NCBI GenBank assembly: GCA_048940925.1
Contig: JBHLOC010000006.1
Span: 1-64,000 of the forward strand
From: Promethearchaeota archaeon
Lineage (GTDB): Archaea > Asgardarchaeota > Lokiarchaeia > Sigyniarchaeales > SOKP01
Length of the DNA stretch: 64,000 nt
Reading direction: 5' to 3'
Made by a program: the position numbers and the translations under genes. The notes beneath the pieces are model-generated. The model had not been told where the DNA came from and searched no databases. It saw only the letters and a list, made by a program, of their open reading frames with translations. Below, in pieces: positions 40,344 through 48,706 of this stretch (positions are counted from its first letter, which is position 1; every line of letters begins with the position of its first letter).

Positions 40344-41138
40344 TTAGTTTTTTTCTTTCCTTGAGGGAATTAAGGCAATTTCATCATCATCATCAATATT
40401 AAAGTCTTTAATCTGAGAATGTTCATTTAATAATATCCCTCCAGAAGAAAGTAGAAAAGTCTCTAGATTATAATCAAATAATCTTCCTATTCTCTCTTTG
40501 ATATGACCTATTAGTTCACTAGTATCAATTATTATTATTTTTGTTATATCACCAGACTCAACTAATGATCTGATATAAACACGGATTTGATCTTTAATTT
40601 CAATAGCGTTTACAGGAGGTGTATAAGTAATTTCATCATTAGATTTATCTCTATTTCTTAACATATTTTTGATTAACACTTTTCTCTCATTTGAATCAAA
40701 GTAAAGCATTTCCCGGATAAATAAAATCTTATCCATCTTTGATAAATCTAGTAGGTGTATTTTATTTATTTCATCTTGACTAAAAACAGAAAATATATAT
40801 TTATCAATTATAGGCATATCTTTATAGGACTCATCAGATTCAACATAATCTTCAATTAAGGGTATAGCGTCAATATATTCTTCAATTATATCAGGTGGTT
40901 TCATATTAATTGATTTTAACTCAGGTAAGTATTTCTTTTTCTTTATTTTCTCATCCCAACTGCTTTTAGAACGTATAACTGTATATACTGTACTTGTGGA
41001 TAATATCGCAACACTACCTATGGTTAGAATGAGAAATAAGGAATAATTTTCTATTCGAAATAGGAAAAAAAAGGCATAAAGCACTATACAAACAGTATAA
41101 AGAATAATAACGCTTAAAATTCTATTTTTTTTCCTCAT
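40344..41138 (-). CDS. membrane-anchored protein with C-terminal ubiquitin-like domain lacking a terminal Gly
   Basis: Two N-terminal TM helices; C-terminal IG.IKE....LF......F.LSSGG..L.E.S..KD..I.D.D.I.LIPSRKEKN aligns with the flanking Ubls. Confidence 0.8.
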   Translation of the reverse strand: MRKKNRILSVIILYTVCIVLYAFFFLFRIENYSLFLILTIGSVAILSTSTVYTVIRSKSSWDEKIKKKKYLPELKSINMKPPDIIEEYIDAIPLIEDYVESDESYKDMPIIDKYIFSVFSQDEINKIHLLDLSKMDKILFIREMLYFDSNERKVLIKNMLRNRDKSNDEITYTPPVNAIEIKDQIRVYIRSLVESGDITKIIIIDTSELIGHIKERIGRLFDYNLETFLLSSGGILLNEHSQIKDFNIDDDDEIALIPSRKEKN

Positions 41139-41223
41139 GATTTTTTAATTAGATTATGTTCTGAATTTAAAATATATAATTTAAAATTTAAATGAGATTG
41201 GAATAAAATTGAAGTTTTTATTT

Positions 41224-41895
41224 TTATACACCTTGAATTAATTGGCTAATCTTTCTATAATTCTTTATGTTAAATTTGAATAACTTTCTTTTATTATCTT
41301 TCTCAATATTCACTAATTTCAGATCTTTTAAGATATTTAAATACTTTTTAATTGTATTATGATTTTTTTTTAATCCAGATGCTATTTCTGTAATCATTAG
41401 TGCTCTGTTTTCTTGATGCATAAAACTAATTATTTTTTGAAGAATTTCTTTCTTTAAATAATAATATAATTTATCATATTTAGGATTTGAATCAAATTTA
41501 AAAAAAATTCTATGATTGTTAATTTGTTTTGATCTCACAAATTGAAATTTTTCTAAACAAGATAAGTGCCATAAAGCTTGATTACTTCCAATATGTAGAG
41601 CTTTCATTATTTCATTAATATTTGATGGGCTTTTTTTAATATAATTAAAGATCTCATTTCTTTTTGGATGTTCAATAATATTATTTTTCATTAATCTTGT
41701 GCCTGGTAAAATAACTCTTTGTTTGATTAAATTCTTTAAAATTAACTCTATTCTATTCTCATTTATATTAGGATTGTACCTAACCCTATTATTAATGAAG
41801 GATACAATTTCTCTTAAAGAAAAAAAGGTTTTTTTTGCTAAATACTCTTCTACTAATTCAAGAACAACTGATTTTGCATTATTCAGAGAACTCAT
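41224..41895 (-). CDS. multi-winged-helix DNA-binding protein
   Basis: R.EIF.YI...P..I.EI...L.I......WHL..LE and ITEIA..L.....TI..YL..L..L.LV. Confidence 0.75.
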   Translation of the reverse strand: MSSLNNAKSVVLELVEEYLAKKTFFSLREIVSFINNRVRYNPNINENRIELILKNLIKQRVILPGTRLMKNNIIEHPKRNEIFNYIKKSPSNINEIMKALHIGSNQALWHLSCLEKFQFVRSKQINNHRIFFKFDSNPKYDKLYYYLKKEILQKIISFMHQENRALMITEIASGLKKNHNTIKKYLNILKDLKLVNIEKDNKRKLFKFNIKNYRKISQLIQGV

Positions 41896-42166
41896 AAGCC
41901 TATACTTTTATTCCATTGAAAATGTTAGTCTTGTAAGTTTGTATTCTCTCTAAAACAACATTTTATTAAATATATATAATAATAGGCATTCATACAATTT
42001 ATAATATAATTTCTTATAAGCCCTAATTTGTTGTTTCTCATTTTTAGTATAACAACAAAAAACTTCAAAATCATTCCAATGGGTTTTATAATATCTTTTT
42101 AATGCGATCTTATTAAGTTTAAAAAAAATTACAAAATATAAAATGATAAAAAAGGAAGTGTTTTGA

Positions 42167-42499
42167 ATGAGTTTTGATGAATTTGATGAGGATTTAGGTG
42201 AGGAGGAACCTTTAAAATCTAAAACTCCCGCCACTAAGACCCCTTCCGCAGGAAAAAAACTTACATTATATTTCATGTCAACGATTGGTCCTGGTGAAAA
42301 AAAGGAAAAGTTAACTGTAAATGACAGTAATCAAGTAAGAGATATTAAACGAACTTTAGGTAATTTATATGGACTTGATCCTAATGACTTTCATTTATCT
42401 TCTGGTGGAGTTACAATGGATGAAAATAGTTCTTTAAGAGACTATAATGTAAATGATGGCGATGATATTCTTTTGATCCCTGCGAGTACTGCTGGGTAA
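42167..42499 (+). CDS. ubiquitin-like protein 2 (C-terminus ...LIPASTAG)
   Basis: Close paralog of Ubl1 (LYFMSTIGPGEKK, DFHLSSGGVTMDE, GDDILLIPASTAG); directly upstream of E1. Confidence 0.9.
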   Translation: MSFDEFDEDLGEEEPLKSKTPATKTPSAGKKLTLYFMSTIGPGEKKEKLTVNDSNQVRDIKRTLGNLYGLDPNDFHLSSGGVTMDENSSLRDYNVNDGDDILLIPASTAG

Positions 42500-42532
42500 A
42501 CTTATATAAGTTTCTTCATAAAATATAATATT

Positions 42533-42569
42533 AGGGCTTTAAGCCCTTCAATTTTTTTATTTTTTTTTT
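42533..42569 (+). terminator. hairpin plus T-tract after Ubl2
   Basis: AGGGCT-TTA-AGCCCT followed by a long T run. Confidence 0.55.
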
Positions 42570-42577
42570 ATTTATTA

Positions 42578-43813
42578 TTGGTGATAATATTGAAAAAGAG
42601 TTCAGATTTTTTTAGTAAAGACCTAACATCGGAAGAAAGAAATTTATATGACCGACAATTTAGACTCGAAGGGTGGTCACAGAAATTAGTAAAAAACTCT
42701 CGAGTGTTAATGGCTGGTGTAGGGGGATTAGGTTGTGAAATTGCAAAAAACCTGGCAATGTTGGGTGTAGGTCATATAGACCTAGTAGATTTAGATATCA
42801 TAGAGCATTCCAATTTAAATCGTCAAATTTTGTTTGCAGGTGCTAAATTAGGAGAACCTAAAGCTGTTGTAGCAGCAAAAAAATTAACTGAAATTAATCC
42901 TAACATAATTATCAATGGATATCATACTTCGTTAGAAAGATTGGATCCAGCATTATATCAAGCTGCTGATGTCGTTGTGGGGGGTCTAGACTCCATGAAT
43001 GCTCGGTTGAATTTAAATGCTCAATGTATAAGATTTAGAAAACCTTTAGTGGATGGAGGTGTTTCAGGTTATCATGGTCATGTTTATACTGTTTTTCCAT
43101 ACAAAAATGCATGTTATGAATGTAATCCACTCCCCGTAGGAGAAAGTGATGAGATGGCGGCATGTACAGTAGTAGGAGTGCCAAGAAAAAGAATCCATTG
43201 TGTTTTCAAAGGAGATATGGCCTTTAAGGAAGAATTTGACAGGGATCCTAATCCAAAGAACATAGATGACATAAAATATATTCAAAAAATTGCTAATGAA
43301 CTAGTAAATAAACATAACTTCCCCCCAGAGTATACTGAAGATGATATAGTCAAAATTATTGATAGGCATGATCCAGGAATTATCACCATCAATGCTGTTA
43401 TTTCAGCATTACAGTCGCATGAAGTCGTAAAAATTCTTCATTGGAATAAAGGTCATAAGGGTATCGGTAAACCTATTAAATCTTATGTTATTTTCAATGC
43501 TATGACAATGATGTTTTACCATATTGAAAAGAAAAGAAATCCAGAATGTTCTCAATGTGGAAAAAATGTTCGAAGATTCGTAGTGAAATTAAAAGAAAAC
43601 TCTCCATGTATTAATATAATCAAAACATTAGAAAAACATGGTTTTAAGTTAGATCCTGATCTCGAACCTGTTATAACATTACTAGATTTTAATGACGTCA
43701 AAATAATAGATTTAGAACAAAATCCAATTAAAAATGGTTTAAGAAATTATGAATTTATGACAGTTGCCGGGTTTATTGATGGAGAAATTTTTGTAACCTT
43801 AAAATTAAAATAA
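42578..43813 (+). CDS. E1 ubiquitin-activating enzyme (ThiF/Uba3-like)
   Basis: YDRQ, GVGGLGCEIAKNL, DLD.IE.SNLNRQ.LF, CYEC, catalytic ACT...PR...HC, RNPECSQC; start probably TTG at 42590 after GGTGA. Confidence 0.93.
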   Translation: MVIILKKSSDFFSKDLTSEERNLYDRQFRLEGWSQKLVKNSRVLMAGVGGLGCEIAKNLAMLGVGHIDLVDLDIIEHSNLNRQILFAGAKLGEPKAVVAAKKLTEINPNIIINGYHTSLERLDPALYQAADVVVGGLDSMNARLNLNAQCIRFRKPLVDGGVSGYHGHVYTVFPYKNACYECNPLPVGESDEMAACTVVGVPRKRIHCVFKGDMAFKEEFDRDPNPKNIDDIKYIQKIANELVNKHNFPPEYTEDDIVKIIDRHDPGIITINAVISALQSHEVVKILHWNKGHKGIGKPIKSYVIFNAMTMMFYHIEKKRNPECSQCGKNVRRFVVKLKENSPCINIIKTLEKHGFKLDPDLEPVITLLDFNDVKIIDLEQNPIKNGLRNYEFMTVAGFIDGEIFVTLKLK

Positions 43814-43923
43814 TAATTTAGTCAAAAAATATTTTTTAAAAAAATTTTATAGAATACTTAAAAATTTAACTATTAATTTTGTTATTAAAAATATAGAATA
43901 ATAAATAGTAAAGGATTGAGAAT

Positions 43924-44451
43924 ATGAGTATAAGAAGTAGTCGAATCTCACAAGATTTTGCAGGATTAAAAAAATTATATAAACAAGGAACAATTGTTCA
44001 GTTAAAACCATTTAATCCCAATAGAAAGAGTATTGATCATTTAGCAATAACTATTAAAGGTCCTAAAGGTACTGCTTATGCGGGTGGTCTTTTTAAATTA
44101 GAAATGAAATTTCCTGCTCAGTATCCTAGGCAACCACCTTTTGTTAGATTACATACTCCAATTTGGCATCCAAATTTTTGGGCAAAACCGAGTGAGTATA
44201 CAGGTCAGAGGAATATTTGCTTAGCACTTGTAGATCCATCTTTAGTTGGAAAAAAAGGGGGGTGGAGCCCATCAAAAACAGCTGTTACCGTAGTTCAGGC
44301 TATAACTGCGATGTTAAATACACGAGGTAAGTATGTAAATCCAACTGATGTTTTTAACAAGAAAGCTGCAATAGAAATGATGAAAAATCAGAAGTTTTTT
44401 GAGAAAAAAGTCAAAAACCTTGTTAAAAAGTATGCTAATAAGAAATGGTGA
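43924..44451 (+). CDS. E2 ubiquitin-conjugating enzyme
   Basis: I.GP.GT.Y.GG.F.L...FP..YP..PP, WHPN, catalytic NICL, W.P. Confidence 0.93.
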   Translation: MSIRSSRISQDFAGLKKLYKQGTIVQLKPFNPNRKSIDHLAITIKGPKGTAYAGGLFKLEMKFPAQYPRQPPFVRLHTPIWHPNFWAKPSEYTGQRNICLALVDPSLVGKKGGWSPSKTAVTVVQAITAMLNTRGKYVNPTDVFNKKAAIEMMKNQKFFEKKVKNLVKKYANKKW

Positions 44452-45278
44452 AATTTAAAATGGGAGAAAGAGATTCACATATAGATTCCATTAAAAAAAC
44501 AATAAAATTGAAGATAAAAGATATAATTAAGAAGGAATTGCTGGAAGAAATCTTTGAAGAATTAAAATTGGAAGAGAAAGAATTAGTTAATGAAATTAGT
44601 TCGATGATTTCTAAAAAACCTCCTGAAAAGCAAATAATAAAACATTCAACTACTACACCTATCAAATCAAAAACAATAAAAGAAGAGAAAAAATATACAG
44701 ATGAAGATAAAATAGAAAAAGAAGTGTATATTTCGGTTAAAGCAATTCTAAAAGTAGCAAGTCATGCCCTAAAGTATGCGAATTCTAAAATTCCTAGACA
44801 AAATTGGGTAGAAGTAATAGGATTACTCGCAGGTAAAGTAGAAAATAACCGTAACATCTTACATATTGAAGATTACTATCCTATGGGTCATGGAACAGCT
44901 GTTTATGCTGAAATAAAAAATTATAAAAACTATGCTAGAGCTTTTCGAGATATTAAAAAGCAAAAGTTATTTATCTGTGGTTGGGCACATAGTCATCCTT
45001 CTTACGGATGTTTTATGTCTAATGAAGATATTGGTACTCAAACAAGATACCAAAAACTTTGGAATAAAGCTGTTGCCCTTGTAATCGATCCTTATCTTAT
45101 TGATGGAACTTCAGCTGGTTTTGAAATATATCGTGCAGATTTAACCACAAAAACTTGGTATCCTTTGGTTTATGGTATTAAAGGGTCATTAGATATTCGC
45201 ATGCTACCAGAAATACTAAATTTTATGAATCCGATAATTGAAGGGAAAGCAGTTTATCTCGAATATGATGAAAATTGA
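44445..45278 (+). CDS. JAMM/MPN+ metallo-isopeptidase (Rpn11/CSN5-like)
   Basis: EVIGLL.G, GW.HSHPSYGCFMS.EDI.TQ..YQ......VALVIDP. Confidence 0.92.
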   Translation: MVKFKMGERDSHIDSIKKTIKLKIKDIIKKELLEEIFEELKLEEKELVNEISSMISKKPPEKQIIKHSTTTPIKSKTIKEEKKYTDEDKIEKEVYISVKAILKVASHALKYANSKIPRQNWVEVIGLLAGKVENNRNILHIEDYYPMGHGTAVYAEIKNYKNYARAFRDIKKQKLFICGWAHSHPSYGCFMSNEDIGTQTRYQKLWNKAVALVIDPYLIDGTSAGFEIYRADLTTKTWYPLVYGIKGSLDIRMLPEILNFMNPIIEGKAVYLEYDEN

Positions 45279-46453
45279 AACAGATAAATTTTGGTGATTT
45301 TAGAACTGTGGCTAAAATTAAATCTGTGGCAATTGTTCTGGGGATATTTCTATTAATAGCTATAATACATGGTATTATATCAGATTCATTCAATGTATTT
45401 GTAAGTTGGATACTAATCGGAATATGGCTAATTTATTCTTTTAAAGTCTTAAAAAATATAAAACAATATCGAGAATTTAATTCTCCTCATAATACTGCTT
45501 TTTTTACCATTGGACCTGTATTTATTGGGATCTTTTATTCAACTTGGGGAAATTTTACTGGCATATTAGGCGAGAATCTCCTCGAGGGAACGGGATTATA
45601 TTTAAGTTGGTGGGGTATATTATTCGGCTTTCCTTATTTAGTATACGGATCTTATTCTTTATATCGGTGTTTCAAAAAATATAATGTAATATATTTTGGT
45701 ACGAAAGCGATAAATGCTCGTACAATTGGTTATTTACTATCTTTAATAGTTATTTTTTACATTATTTTTTATTGGATAATATTTTATGCTGTTATTGATT
45801 TTTATGATTCTATCTTAATCCCTGTTAATTTTTATGCAGATCTTAATCTTATACTCATACTTATTAGTACAATTTTAATTTTTATTATTTCTGGTATTTT
45901 TGGCACACAAAGAAGATTGCCCCCATTAACGAGAGATTATATTGCAAGACGTAGAAATAGATTAAATCATTTGACTTCTCCTCAGAGAAATTCAAATTCT
46001 AGAAAAAATAGTATAATCACAAATGGAACAACCAGATCATCTAGAATTACACCCACTACTCAAAGAAGATCAACTCAAACGAGTATAAAAACAACCTCTC
46101 GAACTGTAAGTAGAAAGAAAACATCAAAGCCTAGTATAATTCCCCACAGGACCATAAGCTCAAGGGACTTTAATAAGTACAAACCAAGAGCGGGGCTTCT
46201 TTCGGTAGAGGATTTTAAATGCATTTTTTGTTTTCATTTACCAAAATTGCCAGAAGATAAGGGTAGAGGAATAGTTTTATGTCCAAAATGTAGATATCCT
46301 GCTCATGCAGATGAATTTAAAGATTGGATGCAAAATTCAAATCTATGCTCAAGATGTAATGCGATAATTCCATCAAACTATAGAAGAAATCCTAAGATAA
46401 TCAGTATAAAAAACTATATTATTATCTATAAAAGTTTATTAAAAAAAAAATAA
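45275..46453 (+). CDS. multi-pass membrane protein with C-terminal RING-like finger (putative E3 ligase)
   Basis: About 6 TM helices, S/T/R-rich linker, CIFC-x16-CPKC-x4-H..E...W.....CSRC; overlaps the JAMM stop codon. Confidence 0.75.
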   Translation: MKQINFGDFRTVAKIKSVAIVLGIFLLIAIIHGIISDSFNVFVSWILIGIWLIYSFKVLKNIKQYREFNSPHNTAFFTIGPVFIGIFYSTWGNFTGILGENLLEGTGLYLSWWGILFGFPYLVYGSYSLYRCFKKYNVIYFGTKAINARTIGYLLSLIVIFYIIFYWIIFYAVIDFYDSILIPVNFYADLNLILILISTILIFIISGIFGTQRRLPPLTRDYIARRRNRLNHLTSPQRNSNSRKNSIITNGTTRSSRITPTTQRRSTQTSIKTTSRTVSRKKTSKPSIIPHRTISSRDFNKYKPRAGLLSVEDFKCIFCFHLPKLPEDKGRGIVLCPKCRYPAHADEFKDWMQNSNLCSRCNAIIPSNYRRNPKIISIKNYIIIYKSLLKKK

Positions 46454-46472
46454 AGAAATTTTGTTAAAAAAA

Positions 46473-47426
46473 TTAAGCACCAATTCTTTTTTTCAATTCT
46501 CCAATCGTAGTTTTTAATTCAGAATATACATTATGAGGATGTATTGATTCAAAACTCTCAATTTTAAAAACAACCTTGAATTTATCTTCTAAATTAGGAA
46601 ATCTCCTTTTTATAAAATTCCTTGCCATTTCCCTTATGACATCTTCTGCAAATAAAGGTTTTAAGTGAGCACTTCTGACAAGCTTAGCTTCATCAGGTCT
46701 CTTTAAAACAGATTGCATTTTTCCACTCATACTATCTTCAATTATTTCAATTATATCTAAAACATCAATTTTATGATTATTTAGATCTTTAATTTGAACC
46801 ATTATTGTGCCTATTGAACGTTGATTATGAGAGCTAAAGGGTAATATATTAAGAAGTGTCTTAACCGAATCATCAGAGATCTTAAGATCTTGTCTATTTT
46901 TAATCACACTTGCTGCATATTCTTGACTCATTTCTTTAGCACAGGGACAAACAGTCATACCTACTGCACTTGCTCCGATATAATAATTAAAATCTATTTC
47001 TCCAGATTTGCTCTTTTTTACTTTTACTAAAGAACTGATATCATATGCTTTCTGAATAGATCTTTGTTGATCATCCTTAGCTTGGACAATAATTTTGCCT
47101 TCAAGTTTCACATTTACTTTTTCTGTGTATGGATGTCTTTCTAACAATTTTCTTGCTATTCTGTCCCCAACCACTTCTACTGAGGGTGTAGGTTTGAATA
47201 TTACCTCGTTAATTATTTCTTCTATAGTTTCACTTGTTCGAGACATATGTATTCCTCTTTTATGTCCAGGTAATGAAATTAAAGCTGAAATCTTTGGATA
47301 AAAAGAATACTTTTTGTCTTCTTGGATTATTTCAACTTTTTTTTCCACTCCAACTATTCCAACTTTATCTATAGGCAGCGCATATCCTGGAGAGTCATCC
47401 TGTAAATCTTTTTTAAATTGTGGAAT
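46473..47426 (-). CDS. mptA: GTP cyclohydrolase MptA/FolE2 (probable ATT start at 47426)
   Basis: DLQ...PIDKVG, RGIHMSR, GMTVCPCA, SHNQRS, LKRPDE, P.FAED..R, ESIH.H. Confidence 0.9.
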   Translation of the reverse strand: MPQFKKDLQDDSPGYALPIDKVGIVGVEKKVEIIQEDKKYSFYPKISALISLPGHKRGIHMSRTSETIEEIINEVIFKPTPSVEVVGDRIARKLLERHPYTEKVNVKLEGKIIVQAKDDQQRSIQKAYDISSLVKVKKSKSGEIDFNYYIGASAVGMTVCPCAKEMSQEYAASVIKNRQDLKISDDSVKTLLNILPFSSHNQRSIGTIMVQIKDLNNHKIDVLDIIEIIEDSMSGKMQSVLKRPDEAKLVRSAHLKPLFAEDVIREMARNFIKRRFPNLEDKFKVVFKIESFESIHPHNVYSELKTTIGELKKRIGA

Positions 47427-47536
47427 TCAAAATCACCGATTTTTAACATCTTTATTTAAAAGATGTTCCAAATTTAATAATATATATTCAATTATATTAT
47501 TTTTTGATATTTTACTAAAATACTCTTTAGAAAATT

Positions 47537-48706
47537 ATGTCAAATAAACAATTTTTCAGTGATTTTGGACTTATTGGAGATAATTTAGAGTTGAAGAAAA
47601 ATATCAATATTGAAATAAATAATGAGGGAAGAATTGTTGAAATTTCTTATGATGATTTAGGGGATAATGATATTCTTTCTATTGAAGAGAAAAAATCTTT
47701 AATGATGCCAGGATTCATAAATTCTCATGTTCATATTGGAGATAGTTTTGCGAAAGAAGCGGGTATAAATATGAATCTGGATGATGTTGTTGCACCTCCA
47801 AACGGTCTGAAACACAGGCTTCTTGGGTTGATACCAGAGGCGATTAAGATAAAGGGTATGATAAACGCTGTTTTAGAAATGTTATCAAATGGTATAACTT
47901 TCTTCATAGATTTTCGAGAAAATGGATTACATGGAATAAATCTTTTAAAAAAAGCTTTAAAAGATTTTACTATAAATTATCAGGTCTTAGGAAGATTTAA
48001 GACTTTCAATGAAGTTAAACCTGTATATAAGATTGCAGATGGTATCGGGTTACCGAGTTATTCACATATATCCCCTAATGTTAAAGAGCTTTTGAGAAAA
48101 TTAATCAGTAAAAAAAAAAAGATAATAGCATGTCATGATTCTGAATTAGTAAGAAATGATACTATACTTGATGATATAATTCAAGATGATCTTGTTAAAA
48201 TTATTATCCATGGCACTCAATATTTGAATGAAGATTTAAAAATAATTAAAGAAAAAAAGCTTTCATTAGTATTATGTCCAAGAAGTAATGGTTATTTTGG
48301 AGTTGGATTTCCACCTATAGACAATATAGTAAAATTAGATATCCCAATAAGTTTAGGAACAGATAATGTAATGGTAAATAGTCTTGATTTGTTTGAGGAA
48401 ATGCGATATTTATATTTTATTTTCCGAGTTTTAAGTAAAGATAATTTAGAATCAAGGCTTTCTTCAAAAGAATTACTTAAGATGGTAACTGTAAATGCAG
48501 CAAAAAATTTTGAGTTAGAAAGCAAGTACGGTTCAATATCAAAAGATAAATTTGCTGATTTTTTTATAATTGATTTAAATGCACCTAATTTTTACTTTCA
48601 TAAATTAGAAAATAAGAATATTTTTCAAATTATAGTTCAAAGAACTAAATCAGAAAATATTAAGAGGACTTATATCAGAGGAGAACTTGTTTTTGAAAGG
48701 AAATAA
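47537..48706 (+). CDS. amidohydrolase (cytosine deaminase-like metal-dependent hydrolase)
   Basis: PGFINSHVHIGD, VAPP.GLKH, CPRSN, LGTDN. Confidence 0.85.
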   Translation: MSNKQFFSDFGLIGDNLELKKNINIEINNEGRIVEISYDDLGDNDILSIEEKKSLMMPGFINSHVHIGDSFAKEAGINMNLDDVVAPPNGLKHRLLGLIPEAIKIKGMINAVLEMLSNGITFFIDFRENGLHGINLLKKALKDFTINYQVLGRFKTFNEVKPVYKIADGIGLPSYSHISPNVKELLRKLISKKKKIIACHDSELVRNDTILDDIIQDDLVKIIIHGTQYLNEDLKIIKEKKLSLVLCPRSNGYFGVGFPPIDNIVKLDIPISLGTDNVMVNSLDLFEEMRYLYFIFRVLSKDNLESRLSSKELLKMVTVNAAKNFELESKYGSISKDKFADFFIIDLNAPNFYFHKLENKNIFQIIVQRTKSENIKRTYIRGELVFERK

